The notes under the pieces are model-generated. The model ran no database searches and had not been told where the DNA came from. It saw nothing but the letters and a program-made list of their open reading frames with translations. Below, in pieces: positions 13,406-27,464 of a stretch of DNA of 64,000 bases. The DNA is from Takakia lepidozioides (lineage: Eukaryota; Plantae; Bryophyta), in NCBI GenBank assembly GCA_030704615.1, contig CM060733.1, positions 21,948,001-22,012,000 on the forward strand, given 5' to 3'. The position numbers and the translations under genes are program-made. The stretch's first letter is position 1; each line of letters begins with the position of its first letter.

Positions 13406-16400
13406 ATGGAGTGTTTGGGTACTGTGATTTCCAACCGCGGTCTCGCGACAAAAGGTTCTACTTATCTCGCCAAGAAAAATGGAATTGCTGCGCGGTGTCC
13501 AAGCGCCTTCTATGCAGACAATGGTGGAAAGACTCTCTCTGTGAAGACGGTCCGTCTGTTGTCGGGGAGCCTCTGCGTGAGTGCTGCTTTAAAGAACCAT
13601 ATTCATTTAGTACTTTCCACCCTTTCCTAGTTTCAGAGAAAGATAGAGGAAGTCTTCGAGGTCCAAGAAAACAACTATTGTCACAAATTGAGTTTGGTTT
13701 TATGAAAGAGATGGGCTTCATGGGCCTTTTCTGTTGGTTGGCGCAAGCGTCAGGTGGAAGAAAGCAAGTGTACTGCAGTGTGGTTGGAAAATGAATTGCT
13801 GAATTTATGAAGGAGATTTGCTTTAGTCGACTTTGGGGGAGAAAGAGAGGGATAGTTCATAGTTACCATTGTCATGGAGAACACACGTCCATAGGGTAGA
13901 CAGAGGATGCGTTTCTATTTTAGTCACGGGAAACACAATTTTTTGGCTCTCCTCTGATTTTCCTTTTGTTTTCTTCATCTAGAGTAGGACAAGTTGTAAA
14001 TGCCTCCAAACTGCAAGCCAAGTATTATTTCAGGGACACGTCTCTGTAGAGTTTCAGGGTTGAGTTGACAATGGTGATGAAACTGAGACCTGAAATTCTC
14101 TATCTTTAATTTCTATCTGTATATCTTAGGCATCTCATTGGTAAGAAACTGGAGTTGGGCTGCAAGGAGGAAAAGAAGCTAGTTCCTTAAGGCTTTCAAA
14201 TAACAAGAAATCCTAAGAGTTGTTTGCATGGTTTATGATAGTTTCTCTGGGCTCAAAGGGGATCTCGGAGGGGGAGATTTTTGTTTGCAGATTGAAAAGG
14301 GATATCAATATGGCAGGAAGCCAGCAATTACTTGCAAGGTACTCAACACAGCTCTGGACACACCGGCTGTTCAAGCCCCAGAGTCCTCTCCAGGTAAGGT
14401 TGGGCAAAGTGACATGGAGACTTTTAAGACGTGCTATAACTCTCTTAAAGGATGCATCTCGGTGCTGTGTAGGGGCAGTTAATTGTCTGGTGGGATGTGG
14501 TTCGGGTGGTTTCTACTCTTTTCCATTCCTGGGTTTAGGGTTTATTCCTCTGCATGTGGGTGTTGGCTGAGAGACATCCAATTATAGACATGGCTTGTAA
14601 CCTGTGCCCTGGCTGGAGAGAGCAGACAGTGTGGAAAGGGGAAAAGGATGAGGATAACAGAATAGGGGAAAGTACCATTGCTGAGGGTTCGCTCCATTAC
14701 TGAGAACTTCCTTTGTAGATGAAGCTGGCTTGTGGGAGGGTGTGATGGATTGGCTTTTAGTCCATGCTTGCCAAATTATTGCGTTTGCTCTCTATCTGCC
14801 ACTGTGCCTCTCTGTAGTAAGCTCTCTGCTACACTCACTGTTGTCTGACTCTCAAGTTGCACTGGTGCGTTTTAGTCACAGCTTGTTCTGACAGTAGCAC
14901 TGCTCTTACATTGTTGGTTTCGTGGAAATGTTTTGATGGACAGAGCGTTTGCAGTTCACGGAGGCCTCGCAAAGGGGCAATCTGGTGCCAGTGTTTCGCC
15001 GCATTTTTTCTGATGGTTTGACTCCAGTGGGGGCGTATCGTTGCCTTGTAAAGGAAGATGACCGTGAAGCTCCCTCTTTCCTGTTTGAGTCTGTTGAGAA
15101 TGGCCCTACTGTCAGCCAGGTGGGTACCGCTCTCCACACCCTGTTTATGATTTGGTGGCTGGCAAGAGCACCATGTTAGAGATTGTCATTGAACCAGGAG
15201 GGTTTATTTCCTGTGCAGCCTATTGCTAGAAGTCTGGGGCATCTCAGCTTCAAAGCTGATCAGAAGCTGTAATGTCCCATTGGCCCTCTGGGCTTCTGGT
15301 GGCTGTACTTCTCTTTTTTAATGCTCATGTGTTCCTTTCTGTGTGTGCATGTCCTGTCAGTACAAATTTTGTCATCAGTCACTCAGCTCGCAATTACCTG
15401 TGCCTGGATTGTGGTCCGCTGTGCCTACTGTGCTGTTCCAAACCTTGAATGGCTCCACAAGGGTTGATATATCCCATGGGGACTATGCCATCATATACAG
15501 GGGCCCTTCATGAGTGCAGTTCTCTGTGTGATATTAGTATTCCCGATCAGCTGGGGGGGAATGGGGAACAGATACAGAAAAGGCCTGGTATCATGTTGTT
15601 AGACCAAAGGTTGGTGCCTCTCTCAGCCTTGGTTCTAGAAACAGATAGACTAGACAAGGGAAGGTGAAGGCTGAATGAGGAGAGGGGTTGTGACAGGGGC
15701 GATACAGCATGGTCGGCGCGCAGCCGTCCATGGAGGTGATAGCCAAGCAGGACTCAGTCACTGTATTGAACCATGAGGAAGGCACCCGGGTGGAGAAAAT
15801 GTCGGATGATCCCATGTCGGAGCCCTCGGAGATTGCATCCCAGTGGCAGCCAGTTAAAGTTGATGGTCTTCCAGATATTTTCTGTGGTATTTGTCGATTC
15901 CATCTTTTCTCTCATGTGTTCTTCTCTCTACCCTAACACGTCACAGGGAGATGTGTGGTTATTTGGTCAGGAACCTGTCTCTAGTTGCTCATCTTTTCTA
16001 GGTCTCTGTGCATCATATGTAGCATGTGGTGTGGTTACACTTGTTGCTAATCTCGGAAAGCTATATTTTTTTGTGGGCCCTATGATACTTAAAACTGGTG
16101 TCAATGGTATTACAGGTGGGTGGGTCGGCTATTTCTCATATGATACGGTGAGGTACACCGAGAGGAAGAAGTTGCCTTTTTCCGGAGCTCCTCAGGACGA
16201 CCGTGGCCTTCCCGACATCCATTTGGGGCTCTATAATGATGTGGTGGTCTTTGACAGTGTGTCCAAGGTTTCATCCATTTACCTGCTCCATTATCTCTTT
16301 GACTCAATGCGGTGTAGATCTTGACTGATCTCTGGCAACAATTTTAGAATCAAGCTGTAAATTCTACCCCTGACATTGGCAAGCTGGCCCAGTCATAAGG

Positions 16401-19400
16401 CAGGATGACTAAGATGAACAGCCCTTGCATTGTGAGAGCGAGATTAACAGCTAGGATGATAGTAGTTCAAAAGGTGCAACATCGATGGAGATACTTTGAA
16501 CCTGTACCACAGACTTCAGGTCCAAAGTCGGTCTTTGAGACCCAGAAACTCATTTCAACCATTGTCCCTCTGGAGCAAAAAGTTGAGTTGCACTGACCTT
16601 GTTTGAAAACATACAAGAGTTTAAAGACACAGATAAATAACTGATGGCAATGGTGTGGATTGTGAGTGACTTGGATGTGGCAGATGGTGTATGTGGTACA
16701 TTGGGTCCACATTGACCGGTTTGACACCCTGGAGCTTGCTTACAAGGATGGGCGGCGCCGGCTGGATCAGTTGGTGGCTCGCCTTCAGTCTGTGGACAGG
16801 TATTTAACATGCCTTCAAAGATGTCAAGAGATGGAATTTTGAGAAATGACATACTTCACTGTAGTATCCATGGTTTTCGTTATTTTAAGGCAGCCAACCT
16901 TTTGTATTAGTAGTATCTTTCAAGGTACTCTCAAAGGTAATAGGTGCAAAATCTCGCAGACCAACTCATCATGCTGGATGGAAAGGACGAGTGTGATGAA
17001 GTCACAAGTGGTAGGATCAAACAGCTGTTGGTAACTAACAGACAAGGGGGGAATGGAAGTTATGGCTCGGCCCAACTCACAAGAACCATTCTGAAGGTTG
17101 AGAGCAGTAAATCTTTGGACTAGGACCTGGTTAATTCTCTAAAGTGCAGGTCCTAGAGAAATTTAAATCTTAGGAAAATTACACATGTACCTAACTTTGT
17201 CTCTTCAATCACTATGTTTGGGTGGGTATTGGCAGACCAAAACTCCCTAGTGGTTCCGTGGACATGTCAATAACGCAATTTGGCCGAGACAAAGGGATTT
17301 CCACATTTACCCGTGATCAGTTCAAGGAAGCGATTTTAAAAGTGAAGGAGCACATTTTGGCAGGTGACATTTTCCAGCTGGTCTTGAGCCAGCGCTTTGA
17401 GCGTCGCACATTTGCTGATCCTTTTGAAGTCTACCGTGCACTTCGCGTTGTGAATCCAAGCCCCTACATGATCTATTTGCAGGTATCTCTCTCTCTACTG
17501 GCTTTAATACTGACTTTTGCGGTGTGTTTACCTCTATGTCTGGAATCTGTCTTGATGCGTCCCTGTGGATGCAATAAGTACTTTAGTTTTGTCTTCCTTC
17601 TGGCCCTCTGTGGCTCTCTACTTTTGTCGCCCTTTTCCCATTGTGACTGGAACTGCATTTGCAGCCACATGTCACATGTCAGCTTTAGAAGTGATCTATA
17701 GTAGCAGTGGTGAACAGTATCTCATGTGTGCTAGTATGTTGTTGTTGCTGCCAGCCCTTAAAATGGCAGTCACAAGTTTTGTTGGCTGTGGGTGAGCAAT
17801 ATGGGAAATTTGGGGTGAAACCAAAACTGTCTCATGAAGTGGGGGCCTATGCTGTCAAGGGTAATTCTTTGTCCTTGACACATAGGCTCTCTAATAGTAA
17901 TTCTTTGTCATTTTCTTGTCTTGCAGCTTGAAGTCTGGCAATGTCTGTTTACCAAAAGAAATTCTTTGTTGAAATTTGGGAGACTAAGAAAGACATCGTG
18001 CCATGCTACTGCAGGCTCGAGGCTCGATATTGGTGGCTTCCAGCCCGGAGATCCTCACTCGCATCACAAAGGTATGCGACCTGTGCTCATAATTGCTTTG
18101 ATTTGTCCGTTAGGCTGGGGATCTTACTTGCATCAATGTAGATGTTCTCCGAGTATCTAGAAAGAGAGGGTAGACAGAAAGAAGAGATGGAACATCAAGA
18201 AGGCTCAATATCACATCCACACGAGGTCAGAGCGAGAGAGAGAAACAAACAGCATCCAATACATCTAGAAAAGTGAAGAGTCTGGGGAGCCAAGCAGAAA
18301 GGAGAGAAATTAGTAGCATCCAGAGAGAGATAGAAGGCGCGCGCACATGATACTTTGTTCACTCCCGTTAGCCTGGCGAATCCTCAGGGGAGCGAAGCGA
18401 AGCCTCGGACCTGGCACATGCAGCGAACGGTTCTTTGGCCCCGCTGCTTTGGTGTTTTTTATGTTGGGGCGAAGCGAACCTGGGGCTCGCTTCCTCACGA
18501 TCACCCCGCTGACATGCACTGGCATGGCGAATTAGCCCCTCTGACGGGCGAATTCGCCACGTTAGGCGCTCATGTGCCCAGCCCTAGAGAGACAGTCTGT
18601 CTGGTTGTCATGGGACCTGAGTGACGGGTGCATGATTCCTTGGTTTAGCAGTTTCCTTGTTAGGTCCTCACTGGACCCAAACCATTTGACTTTTTCGAAT
18701 CCGATACACAGATCCACGCACATATTGTTTGTTATGATTGTCCATAGGGGAAGGTGGTGAACAGGCCGCTAGCTGGGACTCGGAGACGTGGCAAAACAAT
18801 TGAAGAGGACAAAGAGATGGAGCGTGACTTGCTGGCTGATGAGAAAGAGTGTGCCGAGCATGTCATGCTTGTTGACTTGGGCCGTAATGATGTTGGCAAA
18901 GTATGCCACTCTGTTCTTTTCCCATCCTTCCTCCTAATCTATGGTTTCTTTGTGTTTATGTGTCAAATGGTCCATTCTGGTGACATTTTTGGTGCATGGC
19001 TGGTTTTTGTTGCACAAGGACCGGAAAGTTTTGTTGTTCTTTTGCATTTCAGGATTCTGTTACTTCATCAACTTAAACTGGGCTGCTTCAGGAGGTTGTA
19101 AAACATGTAAAGTCTGCATGCGTAGTCCACAGAGAAACTCTACTCTTGTAAAAGAAAGAAAAAGGGCTCACTGGCTCTGCTGCTCATGATAGGCAATTGA
19201 TTAGTGATTCTGTGGCTCACTGCAGAATTTAATAACTTGAAAGCCACTAACTGGGGCTTTTGGAAGAGGGCAGGTGTCAAAGGCCGGGACAGTGAAAGTA
19301 GAGAAGCTGATGGAGATTGAGCGCTTCTCTCATGTGATGCACATTAGTTCCACTGTAAGTTGGTTTCCCTGTCCAGTACTAGTTGTGTGGGGATGTTGGT

Positions 19401-20822
19401 TGTGCTCTGGATCTACATCTGGTGCACGAGTTGAAGCCTTTGGTGGCCACGAGGTATGTGTTTGTGCTTGAACTCCATTTGGGAATCCTTGGGAAGGTTG
19501 GTTGATATTGCTCACTTTATGCTGAACTAGTCAGTCCATTTGCTTGACCAGGTGACAGGTGAGCTGCTGGATGATCTCTCATGCTGGGATGCTCTGCGTG
19601 CTGCATTACCAGTGGGCACGGTTAGTGGGGCTCCCAAGGTGAGTCCCTGCATAAGGTTATGACGGTTTCTGTGAACTGCCACGTTTGCCTGCCTGTGTGG
19701 GGTTGGTCAATTCTGTGAGCATCATCCATGGCTTCCCTCTCCTTTGGAATCTGTTGATGTCATCTATCAATTGCTGTCTATCAGCTTTCTGTCTGTCTAT
19801 CACATCCACTCCCACCCTCTCGTTCTCCCTTATGTGGGTTTCTACACTCCGGAATCTTTAGGCTACCATGATTGATGAATAGGGTTCAGGTTGCCGAGCT
19901 CTATTCTCCATGAGCATATTGAAATTATCTCATAGAACAGGACAGGAGATGATGCAATGCAAAAATGGGTAGGAACCAAGTAGGATACTTGATGCTAAAA
20001 CCCGTGTCATGACATGGCAGGTGAGGGCGATGGAACTCATCGATGAGTTAGAACCCACTCAAAGGGGTCCCTACAGTGGTGGCATTGGTGGGATCTCTTT
20101 CACTGGTGACATGGACTTAGCTTTGGCCCTCCGCACTATGGTGTTCCCTACCCGGCGCACAGACACAATGTACTCATATAAAGATACAAACCATCGCTGT
20201 GAGTGGGTGGTTCATCTCCAGGTATGCCTTTCATGCATCTCAAGCACCGAGTGCCCTGTATCGCATGCTTTTTACTGGTTTTGGGTGGGGGAATACATCA
20301 TTTCCAACAATGACAGGGAATCGGCATTGAGTGCACATCATTACTCATTCCTGTTTCTTTTGATGATCTGGTTGAGTAGCTGTACCTTTCCTAATGAAGT
20401 TGTTCATATCTTTGTATTACGTGCACACTCTTACACAAATGCCTGTTCCTTAATGTCCACAATGACCCAGACACTGAACATCAAGGGAACTTGCATAGTG
20501 ATTGCCTTTGTGCACCTCTCTTTACTGATCACATGCTCTCAAGTGGTTATTGATGTTATTCAGTAAGAGGAAATTATTCTTGTGTCAAGGAAAGTTGATG
20601 TGGTTTCTACCCAATCATAACATCAGAGACACAGAACACTAAATTATGTATGCCCTTGTCATCGTACATCAACAACCTTGTGTGCAATGTCTGCAGGCGG
20701 GTGCAGGCATTGTTGCTGACAGTGATCCAGAGAGTGAGTATCAAGAGTGTGAGAATAAAGCTGCCGGGCTTGGTCGTGCTATCGACCTTGCAGAGTCTGC
20801 CTTTGTGCAAGGAACTCGGTAG
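13406..20822 (+). CDS. ASA: Anthranilate synthase alpha subunit (component I), plastid-targeted, 13 exons, about 619 aa
   Basis: GT-AG exons with consistent phases: 13406-13576, 14291-14393, 14944-15119, 15697-15886, 16116-16267, 16684-16799, 17236-17482, 18015-18071, 18748-18900, 19274-19354, 19552-19638, 20021-20221, 20697-20822 (1860 nt). Motifs: [79 protein letters not shown]. The first two exons (transit peptide) are less certain. Confidence 0.95.
18337..18584. mobile_element. Putative small MITE in an ASA intron
   Basis: GC-rich insert with imperfect inverted ends (GCGCACATGA ... TCATGTGCCC) and GCGAA subrepeats; no clear TSD. Confidence 0.35.
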
Positions 20823-22644
20823 TTTTCTTGTAGTTCCATGGAAGTTCCTCTGTACACATTTTCCTTTGAATCCTTGGCTCTATTCCAGTGTATACTGTTG
20901 GAGCCATGAAATTTGGATAAAAACAGTAGTGCCTCGCATATTTCGTGTGGTTTGTACACATGCTGATTCACAGTTCTGAAAGTCAGAAAAGGCGGTTCAC
21001 TGGACATTGAGCTATCTTTTTAGGCACTTCCTAGAGTGTTGATGTTGGAGAGGGTTGGATGGTAGAAGCAGACAAATGGGCTGCTGGGGCATTCAGCTCA
21101 GGATATTACTTTTTTGGTACTTCAATGAAGGCCCACGATTGAGAAATTTCTTTTGATGAACGTCTCAAACTGAAGACAGCTCCACTCCTATTTTCTGGTT
21201 TGTTTCTGTCGTTGATTATAATATGATGTCTTTTGCCATTGAGCTCTTATCACCAGATCTGTCCAAATGAGGCCTTTCTTTCTTCTTCCTTCACTCTCCC
21301 AGCTGTCCTTGCTGGCAACTCATATTTCCCTTTTATTCCCATGTGGTACTCTAACACTGGATACTATAGCACCTCTAACATATCTTGATAAAGTAGAAAC
21401 AGCGCATGAACCTTTTCTATCCCTGAAAATAGGCTCTGTAAATTCACTGGATGTAAAAGAATCTTTATCTTTTATCTTTTATCCCTGAATAAAGAGGGCT
21501 TCAACATGTAATCAGGGCCACCACTAGTTAGGCTAATATCTGTGGTAAGTTGTGGGTCATTGCATTGAACATTTTGCATCCATGAAGTGAATGTCCTTGT
21601 TATTCTTTCTTTATGTGATTTTTGAAGTTTATCTCTCTTATTCTCTAGATCTGCTATATTTTGCATCCACCTTCGGTTGCATCCATGAACTCTTTTCCCA
21701 GGTTTTCCCCAAATTTTCCATCATACTTTATGCGTAGTTCTATAATATTCTTCCATACAGTGAGGGTGATAGTAGCAAAAGGAAAGGATGCAATCAGTAT
21801 TAAAACGAGTTAGTCCAAGCACCACCAAAAGTTCGAATCGGTCAAACCATAGGTTGTCCACCACTGCAAACTCATCAGTAACACAATCCAGCGTAGTATG
21901 TGGTTGTGTGGGCTGGATTATACACGCACGGTTAGCAGAGCGATGCTTCAGACTGAGACTGATCGTCCAGGTGGTAATCTTCAAGCTGATACTGATGTGT
22001 AGCGTTTAGGCACAGCTCTACAGTACTGTGTTGGAGCTGTGTTACAGTACTGTGTTGCAGGGCATTTGACTATGTCTTTCAAGGACCATCTGGGAAGCGT
22101 AACTAATACTGGAGCACATGTGATTAACGTTTACTGAATCACAGATCATGTCTAACTTTTGGTAATCCGCCAATTGGCCACCACCACTTTGAGTACTTTT
22201 GTCTAAGCAGTGCAATACAGTACCTGACTTTGTCCAGTCTGCCACATCAAGATTGCATGTTATGGATGTCCAACCATTTAAGGTGGTGCTTCATAGTGTT
22301 GCATCCTACCTGAGTTGCTCTCATGACTCTCTGAATTGCTAATTTCTTCAGTGAATTTTAGACATGCATGCAACAGTCGCAACTTTCTGAGAACTTTCTT
22401 CTCCAGCGACTTCAATTTGATATTGGCAGGCAGCCAAGTGGTGAGAAGCTGTACTTGTGGAATCTGATAATCAGCTCCCAGCAGCACTAAAGAAGCTGCC
22501 AATTGACAGGCATCTCGCAATCGCAGAATGTGAGGAAAGTGGTCACAGAGGCTGATGGGTACCAGGGCTCCACATCTCATTGCTCCTGAGCAAGACTACA
22601 GACGGTGCACATTTATGTGAAACAAAATTCAACATTGCCGTAAT

Positions 22645-22692
22645 GAATTATCCCATATCGTTTGCCCGGCTTCCGCAGGACTCGTATAAGTA
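22645..22692 (+). promoter_or_regulatory. snRNA-type (type 3 Pol III) promoter: USE + TATA
   Basis: TCCCATATCG (22651-22660) matches the plant USE consensus RTCCCACATCG with one mismatch; TATAAGTA starts at 22685, a 24-nt spacer that fits the short Pol III-type spacing. Confidence 0.85.
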
Positions 22693-22711
22693 CTAAAACC
22701 AGGCAAAGTGA

Positions 22712-22975
22712 AATATCCTTGAGGGACCCGGCCAGGCGTGGGGTCGGCCGCGAGGGTAGCGGGCAGGCTCGTACCCAAAACCCTAAACTTGTGAGGGCAG
22801 AAGGCAGGGAGGGAGGGGGTTGATCCGGGGCTTACCCCAAAAATACAAAGCACCGACGCCTGCCGCCCCGCGACTGCGCTGCGTGTGGCACGCGCGGGGT
22901 TGCGAGTCTCGTGTCTGTACGCACAGTGGTTCGCCGCGCTCGCATCGAGTCCCGTGTGCTCGGTCGCCTCCTTTT
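22712..22975 (+). ncRNA. TR: Telomerase RNA (TR) gene, candidate, about 260 nt (5' end estimated from the TATA position)
   Basis: Template AAACCCTAAAC at 22778-22788. Hairpin GGGTA-GCGGG-CAGG-CTCG-TACCC (22754-22776) directly 5' of the template. Pseudoknot: GGGGT 22816-20 pairs ACCCC 22834-38; CGGGGCTT 22826-33 pairs AAGCACCG 22848-55. P1: GAGGGACC 22721-28 pairs GGTCGCCTC 22962-70. TTTT at 22972-75. Its 3'-of-template sequence recurs at telomeric junctions at 37344, 40282 and 47321. Confidence 0.88.
22972..22975 (+). terminator. Pol III T-run terminator (putative)
   Basis: TTTT directly after the 3' strand of the P1 helix. Confidence 0.6.
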
Positions 22976-23008
22976 CTCTATCACACTCTAAGTTACTGTA
23001 TTTGAGCG

Positions 23009-23034
23009 AGAGAGAGAGAGAGAGAGAGAGAGAG
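23009..23034 (+). repeat. (GA)n microsatellite
   Basis: Direct reading. Confidence 0.95.
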
Positions 23035-24578
23035 CAGTGCAGGTAACACTCGCGATCCAAAATTGACAAGAGTGGGACTCTGCTGTGAGCTGATCTACGA
23101 GTGAGGACGTTTCAATGTGTTTAAATCTCTTAGACCAATTGGAACTGTCAGTTGACCTCTTCAGTTGAAGATAGGATTCCCTCTTGCTACTTGTCGTTAA
23201 CTCGTTTCATTGCAATACCTGGTAAGTATTAGATGGATAAAACGATACAAAGCTGGGCAGCCAAAAGAGTTCAGCTTCTGCTATAAAGCAACTGCTTACA
23301 AATAGTTCACCAAAGCGGGAGTTCTTGCTCTATCTCGATCTGCAGCTCATATGCTGTGTCCACATTGCATTTGCGTGAACTGCGTACCATCATTTGGGGT
23401 GCCAATCGAGTTTGGGATAGTGCCATTCGAATAGAGTCAGTTCTTAGGCACATGCCTGATGACGATTTCATAAAGGAGCTCCAAAAGGAGATAGAGAAAG
23501 CAACCAGGTGTATCCGGACCATCTTTCACGGCCGAGTGTATTAGAAGTGCAACCCTATTCTGGGCGACTGGCCACAAGTTCGTTGTTGATGGTGGCCATA
23601 CAACCAACAAGAGCAACTCCTTTATCGAGAGCTTATGCAACCTGAACTGTACTGCCCTATTGTTGCCAAGTGTGTGGATCAATATCTTCAGCTTAGTATT
23701 TTGTCCACAAGTTGGCTGTTGAGGCTGCGTCTCTCCTTGTCCACCACCTTCAAACTTCACAACCTTCCGCAGCTACAAGGTGTAGAGCTGCAAGGTGGAG
23801 GGATTGAGGATTGTCCATAGGGTGCCGGCTAGCCCAGACTTAGCAAGCATATGCGTCAGGGTAAAAGCTAGATTTAATTTTGTGAGCGGCGTTCCTTTTG
23901 CTTAAAGTCTTCGCCAACTGGAAAACTGACGTGTCAGGTATGGAATACCAAATGAGCACTTCCATGTCCAATAAACGTTGCCTCATTTCGAGTAAACTTT
24001 GCTTCATTTCACTAGTGTGACTGTGTACTGAACAAAAGAATCTTCTTAAAAGATATCTGGGAATGTCTCGGCTCCACTAGTTCGACTAATTATTGAACAA
24101 AAGCACGTTTCAATTTTTTTTTACAGGATTAAGAATCGTTTAGTGAGCCATGTTGTATTGGAAATGAGCATTTGGCCTTCTAAGGGTGCCGTTTGACCCA
24201 AAAACCATGCATCATTAATTAACTCATCCACTAAACTCATCCACTAGTGTGATTGTTTAGACAACACTTGTTGGTTAAACATGATGTTTGGAAGTGGACG
24301 TTTGGCCTTCTAAGAGCGCGGTTCAACCATTAATCATGTTCCACTAAACCATCCATTAATTGTTTCCAAGTGTGCCGTTAGACCATTAAATCGTGCATCA
24401 TTAAACCAAGTCTCATTAAATTATGCTCTATAGTGAGCCACTATTTGTTGGAAATGAGGCAAAGTTTATTGGAAGTGAGACAAACTTTTGGAAGCGAGGC
24501 AAAGTTTATTGAAAATGAAAGTGGTCATTTGGCTTTCCAAGTGCACCGTTAGACCATTAAATCATGCATCACTAACCC

Positions 24579-25188
24579 GGGGGGTTGGTATCGTGTGAGC
24601 ACAGAGTTAAGAGAAACGGTGTGAGCACAAAAAAAAACGCCGCGTGAGCAGAATCCACGTTTATGGGGGTAACATGTGCATCAGCGGAAATACAAATAAT
24701 AGGCGGAATAGGGACTTTACTTCGCTAGTAGGCGTTACATCGAATCTGAATATAACTTAAACCTGAAGATCAGAATCCACATGCACCTGTCAGATAGTTC
24801 GAACCTCTAGCCAAGTTTTGCTGGCGAAAATACAAGTTTGGCTGGCGAAAATCATTTGCATTTCGCTAGCGAAACCTGTTTTCTAGGTGGTTATTGGGGA
24901 TGTTCTAAACAAAATGTTACCAAATGCCACATTGTTTAAGTGCGCTGATCTTTGAGTTCTGGAAGATATATTTGTGGGTTATTGTGCTCACACGTGTTAA
25001 GCTTTGGACAATTAACTTCATGAAATTTTTCGGGTGAGCACAGTTTTCAGATAGTTTCGTATTTCTTACTACGTGAGCGCATTTGGGTTTCACAATAGCA
25101 TATTCTCAAGAATCTTCTAGAATATGCGGAATATTTCTTTGTGCTCACGCCCGCTGGCGTGAGCTTGCTCACATGCTACCCAACCCCC
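24579..25188. mobile_element. MITE, probably hAT-derived
   Basis: Imperfect TIRs GGGGGTTGGTATCGTGTGAGC / GCTCACATGCTACCCAACCCCC; 8-bp flanks ACTAACCC / ACTAAACC (one mismatch) as a TSD; GTGAGCAC subterminal repeats. Confidence 0.7.
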
Positions 25189-26988
25189 ACTAAACCTAAT
25201 CTCATTAAATCGTGCTCCATTAGTGAGGCAAAGTTGATTGGAAGTGAAACAAAGTTTATTGGAAATGAAGCAAAGTTTAGTGGAAATAAGGCAACGTTCC
25301 TATTGGAAATGGAAGTGGTCATTTGGTATTCCAAGAGGATCTACTTTAGAGGATTAACCTCTAAAGTACCCAGTCCAAAAGCATGGAGGGGCAATCTTTT
25401 GGATTTCGTGTCCATTTGTACCAAGAGTTGATGAATGTAGTTATGGATGAAAAGAAAGCAACTTCCTTGACAAGATACTAGCCCTGTCGGGAGTGGACTT
25501 TATCTTCCAAAACTATATTATCTAATCACACCATGCGTTTAATAGTTAATACATGTTGATTTGCAATGTATGTGATTGATGGAATTAGGAAAAAAAGAAG
25601 TATTTTGTACCCTAGACCCACTTCATTGTTGGCATTTATTTGTTTGTTAGGTCTCATAGTACATACAGTGGAACTAGTCCTTACATTGATTCTTGCAATA
25701 TATCTTGTTTGTTTGATAATATGTAGGATGAGTCCCTTGTAATTGAGAGTTGGAGCGCCTCCAAAAGCTTGTATCTCTTGATGACGATTGTCACGAAAGA
25801 ATCTTGGACTATTTATATAAACACAAGACAATTGAGAGGTGCTTGCAAGATGACCAAGATGACCAAGTCAGTAACATAGAAGGAGGTGGAAACAACTAAC
25901 ATTGGAACCACCGAAGTCTTCCAAACCTAGATTTGACTACCGCAAGAGAGTGGACAAGCTAGAAATTCTTAGTAAATTAATAAAATGATGTACTATATAT
26001 ATTGGTCATATAGAAAGCTAAGATTCAAAATAAGCAGATTGCAATGCAATAGTTTGCTAGGGCTTTTGGTCAATCAGATAAAAACTGGAACATCAAATAT
26101 TGGGCTGAATATGCAGTATCAACAATTAGCTAGAGGTAAGAAGGGAAACTTGAGTTCAAAAGCAAGAGATCATTACTCATGTCATCGAATTTAAACTCTA
26201 GTGGAGCGGAAGGTGCATCAACCCAAGCCCATAAATGTTGCACAATGACCATCCCCAATAATCTCCTTCAACCATAAAGTCTACTGATGGAAATATTGAA
26301 GTTATCAAATGTTTGATGGAGGTTAATGTGACAAAAATGGTCACGATATTAAAGAGTAACATTGCAATCTCTGCATGATGCGAAGATTGTTAGTATAATT
26401 GTTGACACGTGGGTGAGAATGAGAGGATGGAATTTTTTTTTGATGGAAGGCAAGGCAACAGTAAATCAGGTCGATAAGGGTCCAGAGGAGCCAATGTGAA
26501 GGATCTTGTCACTGAGATAAAATCACTCTTGCAGCAGGAGGAGAGACCTGAGCACGGGAGGGATCTGGAGCTTCTAGGGCACATTGATGCTCAAGTGAAC
26601 GTCCGAATTCCCAAACCGAATTCATCAAAACCAAGTGGTAATTCTTTTCCACTCAACGCTTAGTGAAGTAAATCATTAGCTTTAGATATGCTTCAATCAC
26701 CTTGCAAGTGGATTTTTCCTAATGATTTTATCATACATGTAACATGATATTTTATGGATGTGAAACATTTCAACAATCAATTGGGTGAACAAACATCACT
26801 GCGTTTACAGAGAATTTGCGACGTCCACTACCCCCAAAGCTTGAAATGTGCGCCGAAAACATCATGAGCCAATTTGCAACTATATTGGGACGGAATATAA
26901 TTGTAGATAAAATTTAAGGCTTGTGCAGCCTCATGAACCACCTACAATTGTGATTTCAAGACGTCGCAAACACACTGTTATGGGGAAT

Positions 26989-27464
26989 CCATGAGCAGTG
27001 AGCAGCTTTGCCGAACTTCACCGAACCACACGGACCTGTTTGCCGAACCACTTCTAGGTTTGGGATAGGTTCGAAGTTCGGGATACGTTCGGTTTACGAA
27101 ATATTCCCATTTTGGATTCCAAACGAGAATTTTACTAAATTTATATTGCATATAACCCCTCAAAGATTGAAAGGTCGGTGCCAAACCCCATTTCATACAC
27201 TTAAAAAAACATTTCAAGGAAAAAAAAAAAAAAAAAACTATTTTCTTGAAAACGTAAGTGCCCGCACTGTTCGACGCCAAACAGTGCCATAGGCTCGGTA
27301 GTGGTCTGAACTGGTTCGACATAGGTTCGGCACAGGTTTGAAAGAATATTCCTCGACATAGGTTCGACACATGTTTGGGAGAATATTCCTTGGATAATTG
27401 ATATATTCCTTGGATATTCCCTTAAGTTCGGCATTGTTCGGCAAAACCTACTCACTGCTCATGG
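26989..27464. mobile_element. MITE with ~30-bp TIRs
   Basis: CCATGAGCAGTGAGCAGCTTTGCCGAAC ... GTTCGGCAAAACCTACTCACTGCTCATGG; many internal CCGAAC/GTTCG subrepeats. Confidence 0.75.

Noticed and set aside
21470-22600. Possible minus-strand gene or transposon fragments
   Set aside because: Short ORFs with no motif I can assign and no coherent exon chain.
22629-23069. 146-aa minus-strand ORF
   Set aside because: Runs through a (GA)n microsatellite and antisense to the GC-rich TR candidate; no protein features.
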